A stretch of 64,000 nt of DNA from an uncultured Bacteroidota bacterium (GTDB taxonomy: Bacteria > Bacteroidota > Ignavibacteria > Ignavibacteriales > Ignavibacteriaceae). Under the pieces are notes generated by a model. That model made no database searches. It was not told the DNA's origin and saw only the letters and a list, made by a program, of their open reading frames with translations. This document shows, in pieces, positions 1-9,073 of this stretch. Each line of letters starts with the position of its first letter. Within the stretch, counting starts at the first letter, position 1. Location of the stretch: assembly GCA_963839165.1 (NCBI GenBank), contig CAWIUG010000005.1, forward strand, positions 43,862 to 107,861. The letters run 5' to 3'. The position numbers were made by a program, and so were the translations under genes.

Positions 1-573
1 GTAAAAACCCGTCTTGGCTGGGATCATAACAGCATAGAAATAATTGATGTTGCAAAAAGGGTGGAAGACGTTGGGGCAAAGGCTTTAACGGTTCACTGCA
101 GAACAAGAGCGATGGGTCATAAGGGGGAGGCAGAATGGGACTGGATACCAAAGATAAAGCAGGCTGTAACTATTCCTGTTGTGTTAAATGGTAATGTACT
201 CAGTGCACTGGATGTAAAGCGTGCATTCGATGAGACAGGTGCGGACGGTGTAATGGTTGCAAGAGGCGCTATTGGAAATCCCTGGATATTTACCGAGGCT
301 AAGGAATTACTAAAAAATGGATCGGTCATAACAAAGATAGATTCGGAGAAAAGAATCAGTATCTGCCTCAGGCATCTGCAGCTGGCAATTAAAGTTAAAG
401 GAGAACGTCGTGCCGTAACAGAGCATAGGAAGTTCTACAGCGGATACCTTAAGGGTTTATACAATGCTACCCAGGCAAGAATGGCACTGATGGCTGCAAC
501 TGATTATTCTGCAGTACAGGATATCCTGTTTAATTTCCTTGATCAGATAAAAGATTACGAAATTGCCGTATAA
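1..573 (+). CDS. dus: tRNA-dihydrouridine synthase, C-terminal part (5' end lies outside the window)
   Basis: Frame 1 is open from base 1 (VKTRLGWDHNSIEII...). It contains the Dus-type TIM-barrel motifs LTVHCRTR, VLNGNV, GADGVMVARGAIGNPWIF and the C-terminal helical domain. Confidence 0.85.
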   Translation, partial: VKTRLGWDHNSIEIIDVAKRVEDVGAKALTVHCRTRAMGHKGEAEWDWIPKIKQAVTIPVVLNGNVLSALDVKRAFDETGADGVMVARGAIGNPWIFTEAKELLKNGSVITKIDSEKRISICLRHLQLAIKVKGERRAVTEHRKFYSGYLKGLYNATQARMALMAATDYSAVQDILFNFLDQIKDYEIAV

Positions 574-575
574 CT

Positions 576-1184
576 TTGAACAGCATTATTTCTACTAAAA
601 CAGCAAGAATCATATCCACGCTTTTTGTGCCTCCATCTTTTACGATTATTATCTTTACAATTTTTGCATTCCGGCTTGAAGAAACTGCTTTTCACAGGAC
701 CATACTTATCTTAACGGCACTGGTATTCGGTTTCATATTTCCGGTTCTTATGTTCGTATCGTTCCGAAAAAAGGGATGGATTGCCGATATAGATGCCAAA
801 ATACAGGAAGAGAGAACTTTTCCGTTTCTGCTGTCGCTATTGTTTTATGCCTCCGGATTAATAATTTTAATAATTTTCAGGATAAATACAGTTTCTATAG
901 CATTCTGGTTTTGTTATATTTCGAACACTCTGTTGCTTGTTGTAATAAATAATTACTGGAAGATAAGTGCTCATATGATGGGAGCTTCAGGTCCTTTCGC
1001 AGCGTTAATCTATGTATTCGGCTATTCCGCTTTACCTTTTATTTTACTTCTTTATTTTATAGGACAAGCTCGCATAAAACTTGAATGTCATACTTTGAAT
1101 CAGGTGATTGCTGGAGCCTGTTTTGCCTTCATTTCTACCTATGCACAGATCTATTTAATCACAAAATATTTTGGATATGCCTGA
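576..1184 (+). CDS. Integral membrane protein, PAP2-like phosphatase fold (tentative)
   Basis: 202 aa with 5-6 hydrophobic helices and a TTG start 2 nt after the dus stop. KISAHMMG and ARIKLECHTLNQV resemble PAP2 motifs C2 (S-x-H) and C3 (R-x5-H-x3-D/Q). The family call is weak. Confidence 0.5.
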   Translation: MNSIISTKTARIISTLFVPPSFTIIIFTIFAFRLEETAFHRTILILTALVFGFIFPVLMFVSFRKKGWIADIDAKIQEERTFPFLLSLLFYASGLIILIIFRINTVSIAFWFCYISNTLLLVVINNYWKISAHMMGASGPFAALIYVFGYSALPFILLLYFIGQARIKLECHTLNQVIAGACFAFISTYAQIYLITKYFGYA

Positions 1185-2856
1185 TAAGAAGGACACTATA
1201 GCTTTACTTGAAAATATCGCTGACATAATGGATTTCAAGGGAGAGAACAAATTTAAGGTCGGTGCATACAGGAATGGCGCAATTTCAATAAGAAGGTTTG
1301 AGGGCGATTTTGATAAAGCTGTTGAGCAGAAAGATCTTGATAAAATAAGAGGAATTGGGAAGGGTCTTCAGGCGGTAATTTATGAATATTTTGAAAAAGG
1401 TGAATCGCCTCTTTATAAACAGCTGAGGGAAGAAGTGCCTGATGGAATTGAACAGCTGCTGGGCATAAAGGGACTCAGCGCAAGAAAAATAAACCTCCTC
1501 CATAATGAGCTCGGAATATCGAGCATCGGTGAGCTGGAGTATGCCTGCAGGGAAAACCGTCTGGCAATGCTGAAAGGTTTCGGAGAGGCTACACAGAATA
1601 AGATCCTGAATGAAATTGAAAGGCTCAAATACCACAGCAGATTCATCCTGCTGAATACAGCAGAAGAATTTGCTGATGAAATACTTTCAAAACTTGAACC
1701 CATTATTGAAATAAAAAGAACAGGTATTTCAGGCGAACTTAGGAGGGGTATGGAGATCATATCCTCTATAAACCTGGTGTTATTAATTACCGATAAGAAA
1801 AAGTTCCTTAAAAACTTAAAAACGAAGCTTGAGTTTGAGATTGAAAATGATGTTGCTGCCGTAAGAGGATATTTCTCGGTTCCCGTAAACCTTCATCTCA
1901 CACATTCAGAAGATGAATTTAACAGAATATTGTTCGTTACAACCGGTTCGGATGCTTTCCTTAAACAGTTCGATGCCGAACCCGGAAAACCAAAAGGGAG
2001 TACAGAGGAGGAAATATTCAAATCATTAAAATCTCCATATGTTATTCCTGAAATGCGTGAGGAAGAATATTTCACAGCTAAGAAGAAGAAATTAACAGAT
2101 TTACCCGATCTAAATGAGAATAAGTTCAAAGGTCTGCTTCACTTTCATACCGTTTATTCAGACGGAAGAAATACGCTTGATGAGATGGTTACTTCTGCAA
2201 CGGAGAAAGGATTTGAATATGCTGCGGTATGTGACCATAGCAAAACTGCTTTCTATGCAAATGGTTTATCGGAAGAGAGGATATTGAGGCAGAAAGAGGA
2301 AGTGGCTAAAATGTCTTCTGTAAAAAGAATCTATATATTTCAGGGAATTGAATCCGATATATTATCGGACGGAAACCTTGATTATTCAGATGACTTTTTA
2401 AGTAATTTTCATTTTATAGTGGCCTCAATACACTCAAGGTTCAGTATGGATGAAGCTCAGATGACAGCAAGGATCCTAAGAGCTCTTGAAAATCCTCATA
2501 CCGATTTGCTTGCACATCCATCAGGCAGGCTTTTGTTGTCACGTGAACCGTACAAATTTGACGTGAAAAAAATAATAGATGCCTGTGCTGCAAATGAAGT
2601 TGCTATTGAGATCAATTCAAATCCAAGAAGACTCGATCTTGACTGGAGATGGATTTATTATGCAAGAGAAAAAGGTTGTCTCTTTTCTATAAATCCCGAT
2701 GCACATTCGATTAAGGAAATTGATCTGATAAAATACGGTGTAATAATGGGACGGAAAGGGGGACTGACGAATTCGGAGGTGATAAATTGTTATAGTCTGC
2801 CACGGTTTAAAAAATTTCTTAACAGGAAAGTTAAACGTAAATTTCATGGGGAGTAA
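1177..2856 (+). CDS. polX: Family X DNA polymerase with C-terminal PHP domain (palm catalytic residues degenerate)
   Basis: N-terminal HhH/8-kDa region (FKVGAYRNG, IRGIGKGL, GFGEATQNKI) and GELRRG palm motif. PHP motifs are present: HFHTVYSDG, CDHS, GIESD, ASIHS, LAHP, NPDAHS. The ATG at 1177 overlaps the upstream stop (ATGCCTGA); the ORF track starts at TTG 1171. Confidence 0.85.
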   Translation: MPDKKDTIALLENIADIMDFKGENKFKVGAYRNGAISIRRFEGDFDKAVEQKDLDKIRGIGKGLQAVIYEYFEKGESPLYKQLREEVPDGIEQLLGIKGLSARKINLLHNELGISSIGELEYACRENRLAMLKGFGEATQNKILNEIERLKYHSRFILLNTAEEFADEILSKLEPIIEIKRTGISGELRRGMEIISSINLVLLITDKKKFLKNLKTKLEFEIENDVAAVRGYFSVPVNLHLTHSEDEFNRILFVTTGSDAFLKQFDAEPGKPKGSTEEEIFKSLKSPYVIPEMREEEYFTAKKKKLTDLPDLNENKFKGLLHFHTVYSDGRNTLDEMVTSATEKGFEYAAVCDHSKTAFYANGLSEERILRQKEEVAKMSSVKRIYIFQGIESDILSDGNLDYSDDFLSNFHFIVASIHSRFSMDEAQMTARILRALENPHTDLLAHPSGRLLLSREPYKFDVKKIIDACAANEVAIEINSNPRRLDLDWRWIYYAREKGCLFSINPDAHSIKEIDLIKYGVIMGRKGGLTNSEVINCYSLPRFKKFLNRKVKRKFHGE

Positions 2857-3607
2857 AATGATTAGTTATAACGTAAATAATAAAATGGCATTAATAAAAT
2901 TAAACAGGCCGGAAAAGCGAAACGCTCTTCATCCCGACCTTGTAAAAGAGTTTAAGGAAAAACTAAAACAAGCCGGAAACGATGATAAGGTGAGTATATT
3001 AATAATAACAGGGGAAGGAAAAAGCTTCTGCGCAGGTGCTGACCTTTCGTACCTCCAGGATCTGAATGATTATTCTTTATTGGAAAATGAAGAAGACTCA
3101 AGGTCGCTTGCCCAACTGTTCCTGGATATCTATAATTTTCCCAAACCAACAATAGCATCTGTTAATGGGGCAGCTATAGCAGGAGGGTGTGGCCTGGCGA
3201 GTGTCTGCGATATCATTGTGGCCGATCAGCAGCACGCAAAGTTCGGTTATTCTGAAGTTAAGATCGGCTTTATACCAGCTGTTGTTTCTATATTCCTGAT
3301 TCGTAAGATAGGTGAGGGGAGAGCAAAGCATCTTTTACTTACTGGAGAAGTCATCGACGCAGAAAAAGCATTTCAGCTTGGTCTTGTAAATTATCTTACA
3401 GAGAATGTGAATGCATTTTCATTCGAACTGGCAAGTAGCATGCTTAATAATTCAGATTTCAGTATGCGTTTTACAAAGCAAATGATCAGTGATATTTCAA
3501 CACTTACTGTTGATAAAGCTGTGGAATATAGTATTGAACTCAATGCAATCAGCAGAACCTCGGATGATTTCAAAAAGGGACTTTCATCATTCTTAAACAA
3601 AAAATAA
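2846..3607 (+). CDS. Enoyl-CoA hydratase/isomerase (crotonase) family protein
   Basis: Crotonase signatures [35 protein letters not shown]. The in-frame ATG at 2858, preceded by GGGGAG, is the more likely start. Confidence 0.85.
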   Translation: MGSKMISYNVNNKMALIKLNRPEKRNALHPDLVKEFKEKLKQAGNDDKVSILIITGEGKSFCAGADLSYLQDLNDYSLLENEEDSRSLAQLFLDIYNFPKPTIASVNGAAIAGGCGLASVCDIIVADQQHAKFGYSEVKIGFIPAVVSIFLIRKIGEGRAKHLLLTGEVIDAEKAFQLGLVNYLTENVNAFSFELASSMLNNSDFSMRFTKQMISDISTLTVDKAVEYSIELNAISRTSDDFKKGLSSFLNKK

Positions 3608-3612
3608 TTCTC

Positions 3613-4144
3613 ATGAATACAGATATAAAAAAATACATAAGATCAGTAAAAGATTTTCCAAAACCGGGAATCATGTTCCGCGATATTACTACTCTTCTCA
3701 AAGAACCGGAAGGGTTAAAAGCTTCATTTTCATGCGTTAATTAAATTTGCGGAAGGATTGAAAATAGACAAGGTTGTAGGTATAGAATCCCGCGGTTTTA
3801 TGCTGGGTGCAATGATTGCCGAGAAACTCAATGCAGGGTTTGTTCCTATCAGGAAACCCGGCAAACTTCCTGCCGATACGGTAAAGGAGGAATATTCACT
3901 CGAGTATGGAACTGATGCAATCGAGATTCATAAAGATGCAATAAAACCGGGAGAATCTGTTCTGCTTCATGATGATCTGCTTGCCACAGGAGGAACTGCG
4001 TGTGCTGCTGTGAACCTTATTGAAAAGCTCGGAGGAAATGTTGTCCAGATCTCCTTCATAATTGAGCTTAGTTTTCTTGGAGGCAGAGATAAACTGAAAG
4101 GATATGATGTGAGATCACTTGTTACGTATGACGGTGAAGATTAA
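3613..4144 (+). pseudogene. apt: Adenine phosphoribosyltransferase interrupted by one frameshift at a T4 run (3727-3730)
   Basis: The N-terminal 43 codons ([39 protein letters not shown]...) are in frame 1 and stop at 3742. The rest (..[25 protein letters not shown]...[13 protein letters not shown]) is in frame 2. Together they give a full-length Apt. Confidence 0.8.
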
Positions 4145-4190
4145 CTGCCTTGTCAGCCTTTGGTATTGAACCACAGTCATTTTAATTTAT

Positions 4191-4907
4191 TTATTCTTCA
4201 TTAGGTATTGCGGGTAATAATTCAGAATTTTGTGTCCAATCTGAGGGGGCTATCACTACAGCGAATTCTCCCTTTGTAATCTTATTGCTAAGAGTCCCCA
4301 GAATATCTTTCGGATAACCTCTCCAGGTCTCCTCAAATTTTTTAGTCATCTCCCGGCATACCACCACCCATCTGGCGGGTAAATATTCATTCAGTTCCTT
4401 TAGAAGTTTTTCTATCCTGTAGGTAGATTCATAAAGCACAATAGTTCTATTCTCCTCAGCCAGTTCCTTAAGTTTTTTCTGTCTCCCTTTTTTCTGGGGA
4501 ATAAAACCTTCAAAAGTGAAAGAATTTGTAGGAAGGCCGGCCAGGGTCAGAGCAGCTGTTAAGGCCGAGGGTCCTGGTACTGTGATAATGTTAATGTCCT
4601 TTTTGATCGCTGCAGAGATCAGACGTATTCCTGGGTCTGAAATAGCAGGAGTGCCTGCATCGGATACAAGCGCACAACTTTCTCCGCTAAGGATTCTTCC
4701 AATCACATATTCAGTTTTCTTTGTTTCACTGGCAGCATTAAGTGAAATCAATTCATTCTTTATTTCATAATGATTTAACAGAATCCCCGTAACTCTAGTA
4801 TCTTCACAGGCAATAAAATCGGATTCCTTCAGAATTTCAAGGGCTCGAAGGGTTATGTCTTTCAGGTTGCCAATCGGGGTACTAACAATGTAAAGGGAAT
4901 TCTCCAA
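4191..4907 (-). CDS. rsmI: 16S rRNA (cytidine1402-2'-O)-methyltransferase
   Basis: LYIVSTPIGNLKDITLRALEIL..IACEDTR, DAGTPAISDPG and a tetrapyrrole-methylase-like fold, at typical RsmI length. Confidence 0.9.
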   Translation of the reverse strand: MENSLYIVSTPIGNLKDITLRALEILKESDFIACEDTRVTGILLNHYEIKNELISLNAASETKKTEYVIGRILSGESCALVSDAGTPAISDPGIRLISAAIKKDINIITVPGPSALTAALTLAGLPTNSFTFEGFIPQKKGRQKKLKELAEENRTIVLYESTYRIEKLLKELNEYLPARWVVVCREMTKKFEETWRGYPKDILGTLSNKITKGEFAVVIAPSDWTQNSELLPAIPNEE

Positions 4908-4992
4908 TATTCGTCATCTCTGTTAATGAATACCGAAATATAGGGAATTATTCCGATAGTAAAGGAAAACAGGCAAGAGGTTTAAAATGATG

Positions 4993-5014
4993 ATCCCGCC
5001 ATCAGCGGCGGGAT
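4993..5014 (-). terminator. Hairpin downstream of lat (possible terminator)
   Basis: ATCCCGCC / GGCGGGAT 8-bp GC-rich stem with a 6-nt loop, 22 nt after the lat stop. The trailing U-tract on the minus strand is only partial (CAUCAUUUUA). Confidence 0.4.
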
Positions 5015-5035
5015 ATCATGCAAGTAGTTAATTAT

Positions 5036-6406
5036 TTAGTTGTTTGATGAAAGCAAAAATAGAACTTTTTTAATAATATTCAAGCCCTCATCTAGGTCAT
5101 CTTTTTTTACATTTAAAGGAGGCCTGAACCTGATAGCTTTTTCGCCACAGCCCAGTAATAGTAATTTATGTTTATAACATTCGTCGCGGAATTTATTTCT
5201 GATTTCTGCATTAGGCATATCGAAAGAACACATTAACCCCAGACCGCGGGGATTGCTTATTAGAGATGGGTATTCTTGTCCAATATCCTGAAGTCTTTTC
5301 AGCAGGTATTTACCAACTTCCGCAGCATTATCAACAAGATTTTCTTCATGGATTATTCTCATTATGTGCTTAGAACGTACCATATCTGTAAGGTTCGCTC
5401 CCCAGGTAGAATTTATTCTGCTCGATTTATGGAAGCAATTTTCCTTTACCTCATCAACTCTGTCTGAGACCATTATTCCGCAGACCTGAGCTTTCTTTCC
5501 AAAAGAGATAATATCAGGTTTCACATAATATTCAGATGCCCAGAATTTGCCTGTTAATCCAAAACCTGTCTGTACTTCATCGAACATAAGCAGAATCTCT
5601 TTTTCATCGGCAATATCCCTGAGCTTTTCAAAGAACTCCTTCCTGAAGAAATTATCGCCGCCCTCTCCCTGGATCGGTTCAAGGATAATAGCAGCAACGT
5701 CATCAGGATTATTTTTTATTGCAGCGTAGATCTCATCTACGGCCTGCTTTTCAACCTGCACTATTTCGTTCAGATGATCTTCAATTGGAAATTTAACCTT
5801 TGGATTAATTATCCTCGGCCAGTTAAATTTCGGGAAATAATTTATTTTATTAGCTTCAGTATTTGTAAGAGAAAGTGTATAACCGCTTCTGCCATGAAAT
5901 GCCTGACGGAAGTGAATAATCTGTTGTCCCTTTTCGTCCTTATAACCTTTCATTAAATTCTTTTGAACTTTCCAATCAAATGCAACCTTCAGTCCGTTTT
6001 CAACAGCGAGTGCTCCACCGGCTATAAAGAACAGGTATTTCATATAATCCGGCTTGGCAATTTTTGCAAAGGTGTCGACAAATTCAGCCATTAATACCGT
6101 ATAAATGTCGGAGTTTGATGGTTTATTAACCGATGCAAAAGCTAGTTCGTCCAAAACTTCTTTAGAATGAAGCTTGGGATGATTCAATCCCAGCGGGGAA
6201 GAAGCAAAAAAGGTGAATAGATCAAGATAGGTATCTCCGGTCTTTTCATCCACAAGGTGCATGCCCTTACTTTTCTTTAAATCGAGCACAAGACAGAATC
6301 CGTCAGCAAGCATGTTTCTTGCAATAGTTTCGTGAACTTTATCCGGGGTTATTTTATTTGAATCTTCCAATACCATACCTTCAGCTTTATAATCTGAATT
6401 ATTCAT
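5036..6406 (-). CDS. lat: Class-III PLP aminotransferase, L-lysine 6-aminotransferase-like
   Basis: 456 aa with class-III aminotransferase motifs (FFIAGGALAVENGLK, ILEPIQGEGGDN, DEVQTGFGLTGK, SFGKK PLP-lysine). It lies next to an ALDH7-type piperideine-6-carboxylate dehydrogenase. Confidence 0.75.
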   Translation of the reverse strand: MNNSDYKAEGMVLEDSNKITPDKVHETIARNMLADGFCLVLDLKKSKGMHLVDEKTGDTYLDLFTFFASSPLGLNHPKLHSKEVLDELAFASVNKPSNSDIYTVLMAEFVDTFAKIAKPDYMKYLFFIAGGALAVENGLKVAFDWKVQKNLMKGYKDEKGQQIIHFRQAFHGRSGYTLSLTNTEANKINYFPKFNWPRIINPKVKFPIEDHLNEIVQVEKQAVDEIYAAIKNNPDDVAAIILEPIQGEGGDNFFRKEFFEKLRDIADEKEILLMFDEVQTGFGLTGKFWASEYYVKPDIISFGKKAQVCGIMVSDRVDEVKENCFHKSSRINSTWGANLTDMVRSKHIMRIIHEENLVDNAAEVGKYLLKRLQDIGQEYPSLISNPRGLGLMCSFDMPNAEIRNKFRDECYKHKLLLLGCGEKAIRFRPPLNVKKDDLDEGLNIIKKVLFLLSSNN

Positions 6407-6636
6407 AAATCCTCCTTTAATAAGAGTAGTGAGTTAATTAAGAATTTATTAAAAATGATAAAAAGGAAGGGGGATTAGAATACATTCTCAAAGCGTGAAA
6501 TAAAGTAGCTTCTAAGGTTGTTAAACCCTGTTATTTCGCGATATGTTAGATAAGTAAGCATATTAACTATAAAATTACCTTACCAAAATTATATAAAATG
6601 ATCCCAATACGCAATAATACCGGTTACATTTGATAT

Positions 6637-6672
6637 AAAAAATCCCGGTAATTCCGAAGAAAAACCGGGATT
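6637..6672 (-). terminator. Rho-independent terminator (minus strand)
   Basis: AATCCCGGT / ACCGGGATT 9-bp stem followed on the minus strand by U6. It sits 23 nt downstream of the T9SS-CTD remnant. Confidence 0.55.
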
Positions 6673-6694
6673 TAGAGGGTATATTAGCACAAAA

Positions 6695-6790
6695 CTACTT
6701 AATGAGCATCATCTTTTTAACAGATGAGTAATCTTTCGTACCATCAACAGATTTTGCCTGTATTGTATAGATATACATACCGGACAACAT
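6695..6790 (-). pseudogene. Orphan remnant of a T9SS C-terminal sorting domain (last ~31 codons of a lost cargo gene)
   Basis: The minus strand reads MLSGMYIYTIQAKSVDGTKDYSSVKKMMLIK*. This matches the end of the intact CTD at 32700-32798 (LTSGIYIYRLQAGEFVSTKRMALIK*). An in-frame stop lies immediately upstream, and its own terminator is retained. Confidence 0.6.
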
Positions 6791-6845
6791 ATATTGATTT
6801 TTACTCGTTTATATGTTACACTTACCGTAACAAATAAATATAATT

Positions 6846-7274
6846 ATGTCAGCATCTACAAAACTTTCTGCCGCCGTTAAGGCACTTGCCTTCCTTGCAA
6901 AGGATTATCCTTCTCCTAAAAATAGTATTGAGATATCTGTGCATACGGGAATTAATGCCTCAAAGCTGAGGAAAATACTTTCGATGATGGTTAAAAACGG
7001 AATCGTTGAAAGTGCATACGGTACCGCAGGAGGTTTCTGTTTGAAGAAGAAACCGTCAGAGATAGATCTGCAAGAAATTTACTGCGCAATAGAGGACAGA
7101 AAAGCATTTCATCTGGATGTGTCAAAGACGAATGGAAAAACTTCTTCTTCCGATGTGGCAAAATTGAATGTTTATTTTCTCGATCTGTTCAGTACTATCC
7201 AGGTTGATATAGAGGACAGGATGAGAAATATTTCACTGCAAACAGTAATTGATAATATTAAATCTAAACCATAA
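6846..7274 (+). CDS. Rrf2-family transcriptional regulator (no Fe-S cysteine triad)
   Basis: N-terminal winged HTH typical of Rrf2 ([11 protein letters not shown]....[36 protein letters not shown]). There are only two Cys residues, not the C-x5-C-x5-C arrangement. Confidence 0.8.
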   Translation: MSASTKLSAAVKALAFLAKDYPSPKNSIEISVHTGINASKLRKILSMMVKNGIVESAYGTAGGFCLKKKPSEIDLQEIYCAIEDRKAFHLDVSKTNGKTSSSDVAKLNVYFLDLFSTIQVDIEDRMRNISLQTVIDNIKSKP

Positions 7275-7285
7275 GAGGAGTGTTT

Positions 7286-8818
7286 ATGGATTTTCTGAAA
7301 GTATTAGGGATAAAGGATAAAAATTTTGCGGCATCAACCGGAACTGAATGGAATAACACCGCAGATCAGGGAGAGCTTAAAATATATTCTCCAACAAATG
7401 GGAAATTGATAGCTTCGGTTTACCAGGCATCCGAGCAGGATTATGAAAACATAATTAAAAAGGCCTCGGAAGCTTTCATAACCTGGAGAAAAATGCCGGC
7501 TCCTAAAAGAGGAGAGATAGTTAGACAGATCGGATTAAAGCTGCGTGAGTTCAAAGAACCTCTCGGAACACTTGTATCCTACGAAATGGGAAAGTCACTT
7601 CAGGAAGGTCTCGGTGAGGTTCAGGAGATGATTGATATATGTGATTTTTCGGTTGGTCAGTCGCGCCAGCTCTACGGGTTCACAATGCAGTCGGAACGTC
7701 CTGATCATAGGATGTACGACCAGTATCATCCCCTCGGAATAGTTGCGACCATCTCCGCCTTCAATTTTCCGGTTGCAGTTTATTCCTGGAATGCAATGCT
7801 TGCAGCTGTCTGCGGCGACGTAAATCTGTGGAAACCTTCTTCAAAGGTCCCTCTCTCTGCAATTGCAGTACAAAATATTATAGCGAAGGTTGTTAAGGAA
7901 AATAATCTTCCGGAAGGAATCTTCTCATTGATAATAGGCAAAGGTTCAACGATTGGTGAGAGGTTATTGAATGATAAAAGGATCCCTCTGATCTCGGTTA
8001 CCGGTTCAACCAGAGTAGGAAGACATGCAGGCGAAGTTATACAGAAGAGATTTGGTAGATCAATTCTTGAGCTCGGAGGAAACAACGGAATTATTATTAC
8101 TCCTGATTCAGATCTGAAGATTGCAATTCCTGCGGTTGTATTCGGAGCAGTAGGAACATGCGGACAGCGGTGCACATCAACGAGAAGACTGATAATCCAC
8201 GAATCAATTTATGATAAAGTAAAAGAGTCATTACTTAAGGCTTATAAGTCGCTGAAAATCGGTGATCCATTGGATCAGAATAATCACGTCGGTCCTCTCA
8301 TTGATAAAGATGCCGTCAAAATGTTTTCAGATGCGCTGGAAGAAGTGAAGAAAGAAGGAGGGAAAATTATTTACGGCGGAGAAGTTCTCTCAGGCAAAGG
8401 TTATGAGGCCGGTACCTACGTGACACCTGTCCTCGTAGAAGCAGAAAATCATTACAGCATTGTACAGGAAGAAACCTTTGCACCCATCCTTTACCTTCTA
8501 AAATATTCCGGGGACGTTACTAACGCAATTGAGCTGCATAACGGTGTCGTACAGGGATTATCTTCTGCCATATTTACTAATAACCTTAAAGAGGCTGAAG
8601 CATTCCTATCGGCCGGAGGGTCAGACTGCGGAATCGCTAACGTGAATATCGGAACTTCCGGTGCAGAAATCGGCGGAGCATTCGGCGGTGAAAAGGAAAC
8701 AGGAGGAGGTCGTGAATCAGGTTCAGATGCGTGGAAAGCCTATATGAGAAGACAGACCAATACAATAAATTATGGCTCAACTCTTCCGCTTGCACAGGGG
8801 ATAAAGTTCGATATATAG
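7286..8818 (+). CDS. ALDH7-type aldehyde dehydrogenase (alpha-aminoadipic semialdehyde / piperideine-6-carboxylate dehydrogenase-like)
   Basis: ALDH motifs [15 protein letters not shown] (catalytic Cys), EETFAPIL, and an ALDH7-like N-terminus (IYSPTNG..IA.V..AS..DYE). AGGAG lies 6 nt before the ATG at 7286. Confidence 0.85.
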   Translation: MDFLKVLGIKDKNFAASTGTEWNNTADQGELKIYSPTNGKLIASVYQASEQDYENIIKKASEAFITWRKMPAPKRGEIVRQIGLKLREFKEPLGTLVSYEMGKSLQEGLGEVQEMIDICDFSVGQSRQLYGFTMQSERPDHRMYDQYHPLGIVATISAFNFPVAVYSWNAMLAAVCGDVNLWKPSSKVPLSAIAVQNIIAKVVKENNLPEGIFSLIIGKGSTIGERLLNDKRIPLISVTGSTRVGRHAGEVIQKRFGRSILELGGNNGIIITPDSDLKIAIPAVVFGAVGTCGQRCTSTRRLIIHESIYDKVKESLLKAYKSLKIGDPLDQNNHVGPLIDKDAVKMFSDALEEVKKEGGKIIYGGEVLSGKGYEAGTYVTPVLVEAENHYSIVQEETFAPILYLLKYSGDVTNAIELHNGVVQGLSSAIFTNNLKEAEAFLSAGGSDCGIANVNIGTSGAEIGGAFGGEKETGGGRESGSDAWKAYMRRQTNTINYGSTLPLAQGIKFDI

Positions 8819-8850
8819 AGGAATAGTGGATAAAAATTTTCTCCACCATT

Positions 8851-9073
8851 CTGTTGAGATATTCAACAGGTGTGACAAAATGGCAGACAGGGTTCCAGAT
8901 CGGTTTTATACTGGGGAAGGCTCGGAGTTATCTCGGAGGTGGACTCAAAATGAGACACATAGAATCCATTGAAAACTCGCAGTTTTCGACTGTTGAAAAT
9001 ATAAACGTATGACAAAATGTCAGTGTCTCAACTTGCGATTCAGAGACAGGTAAAACAACCTGTCTCTTTTTTT
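8851..9073 (+). ncRNA. Candidate small RNA or structured 3' UTR (speculative)
   Basis: A 225-nt non-coding gap after the ALDH stop. It contains two ~40-nt imperfect direct repeats, several local hairpins, and ends in a strong intrinsic terminator. No convincing ORF. Confidence 0.25.
9042..9073 (+). terminator. Rho-independent terminator
   Basis: AGAGACAGG / CCTGTCTCT 9-bp stem, 8-nt loop, then T7. Confidence 0.75.

Noticed and set aside
6407-6640. Lysine riboswitch in the long lat 5' region.
   Set aside because: The minus-strand leader lacks the conserved L-box helices and motifs. It is AT-rich with no extended pairing that I could fold by hand.
8851-9040. Assigning the orphan region to a known RNA family (6S, SRP, tmRNA, RNase P).
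   Set aside because: Its length and the hand-folded structure do not fit. There is no long closing helix with a central bubble, no SRP domain IV motif and no tRNA-like end. It is kept only as an unclassified sRNA candidate.
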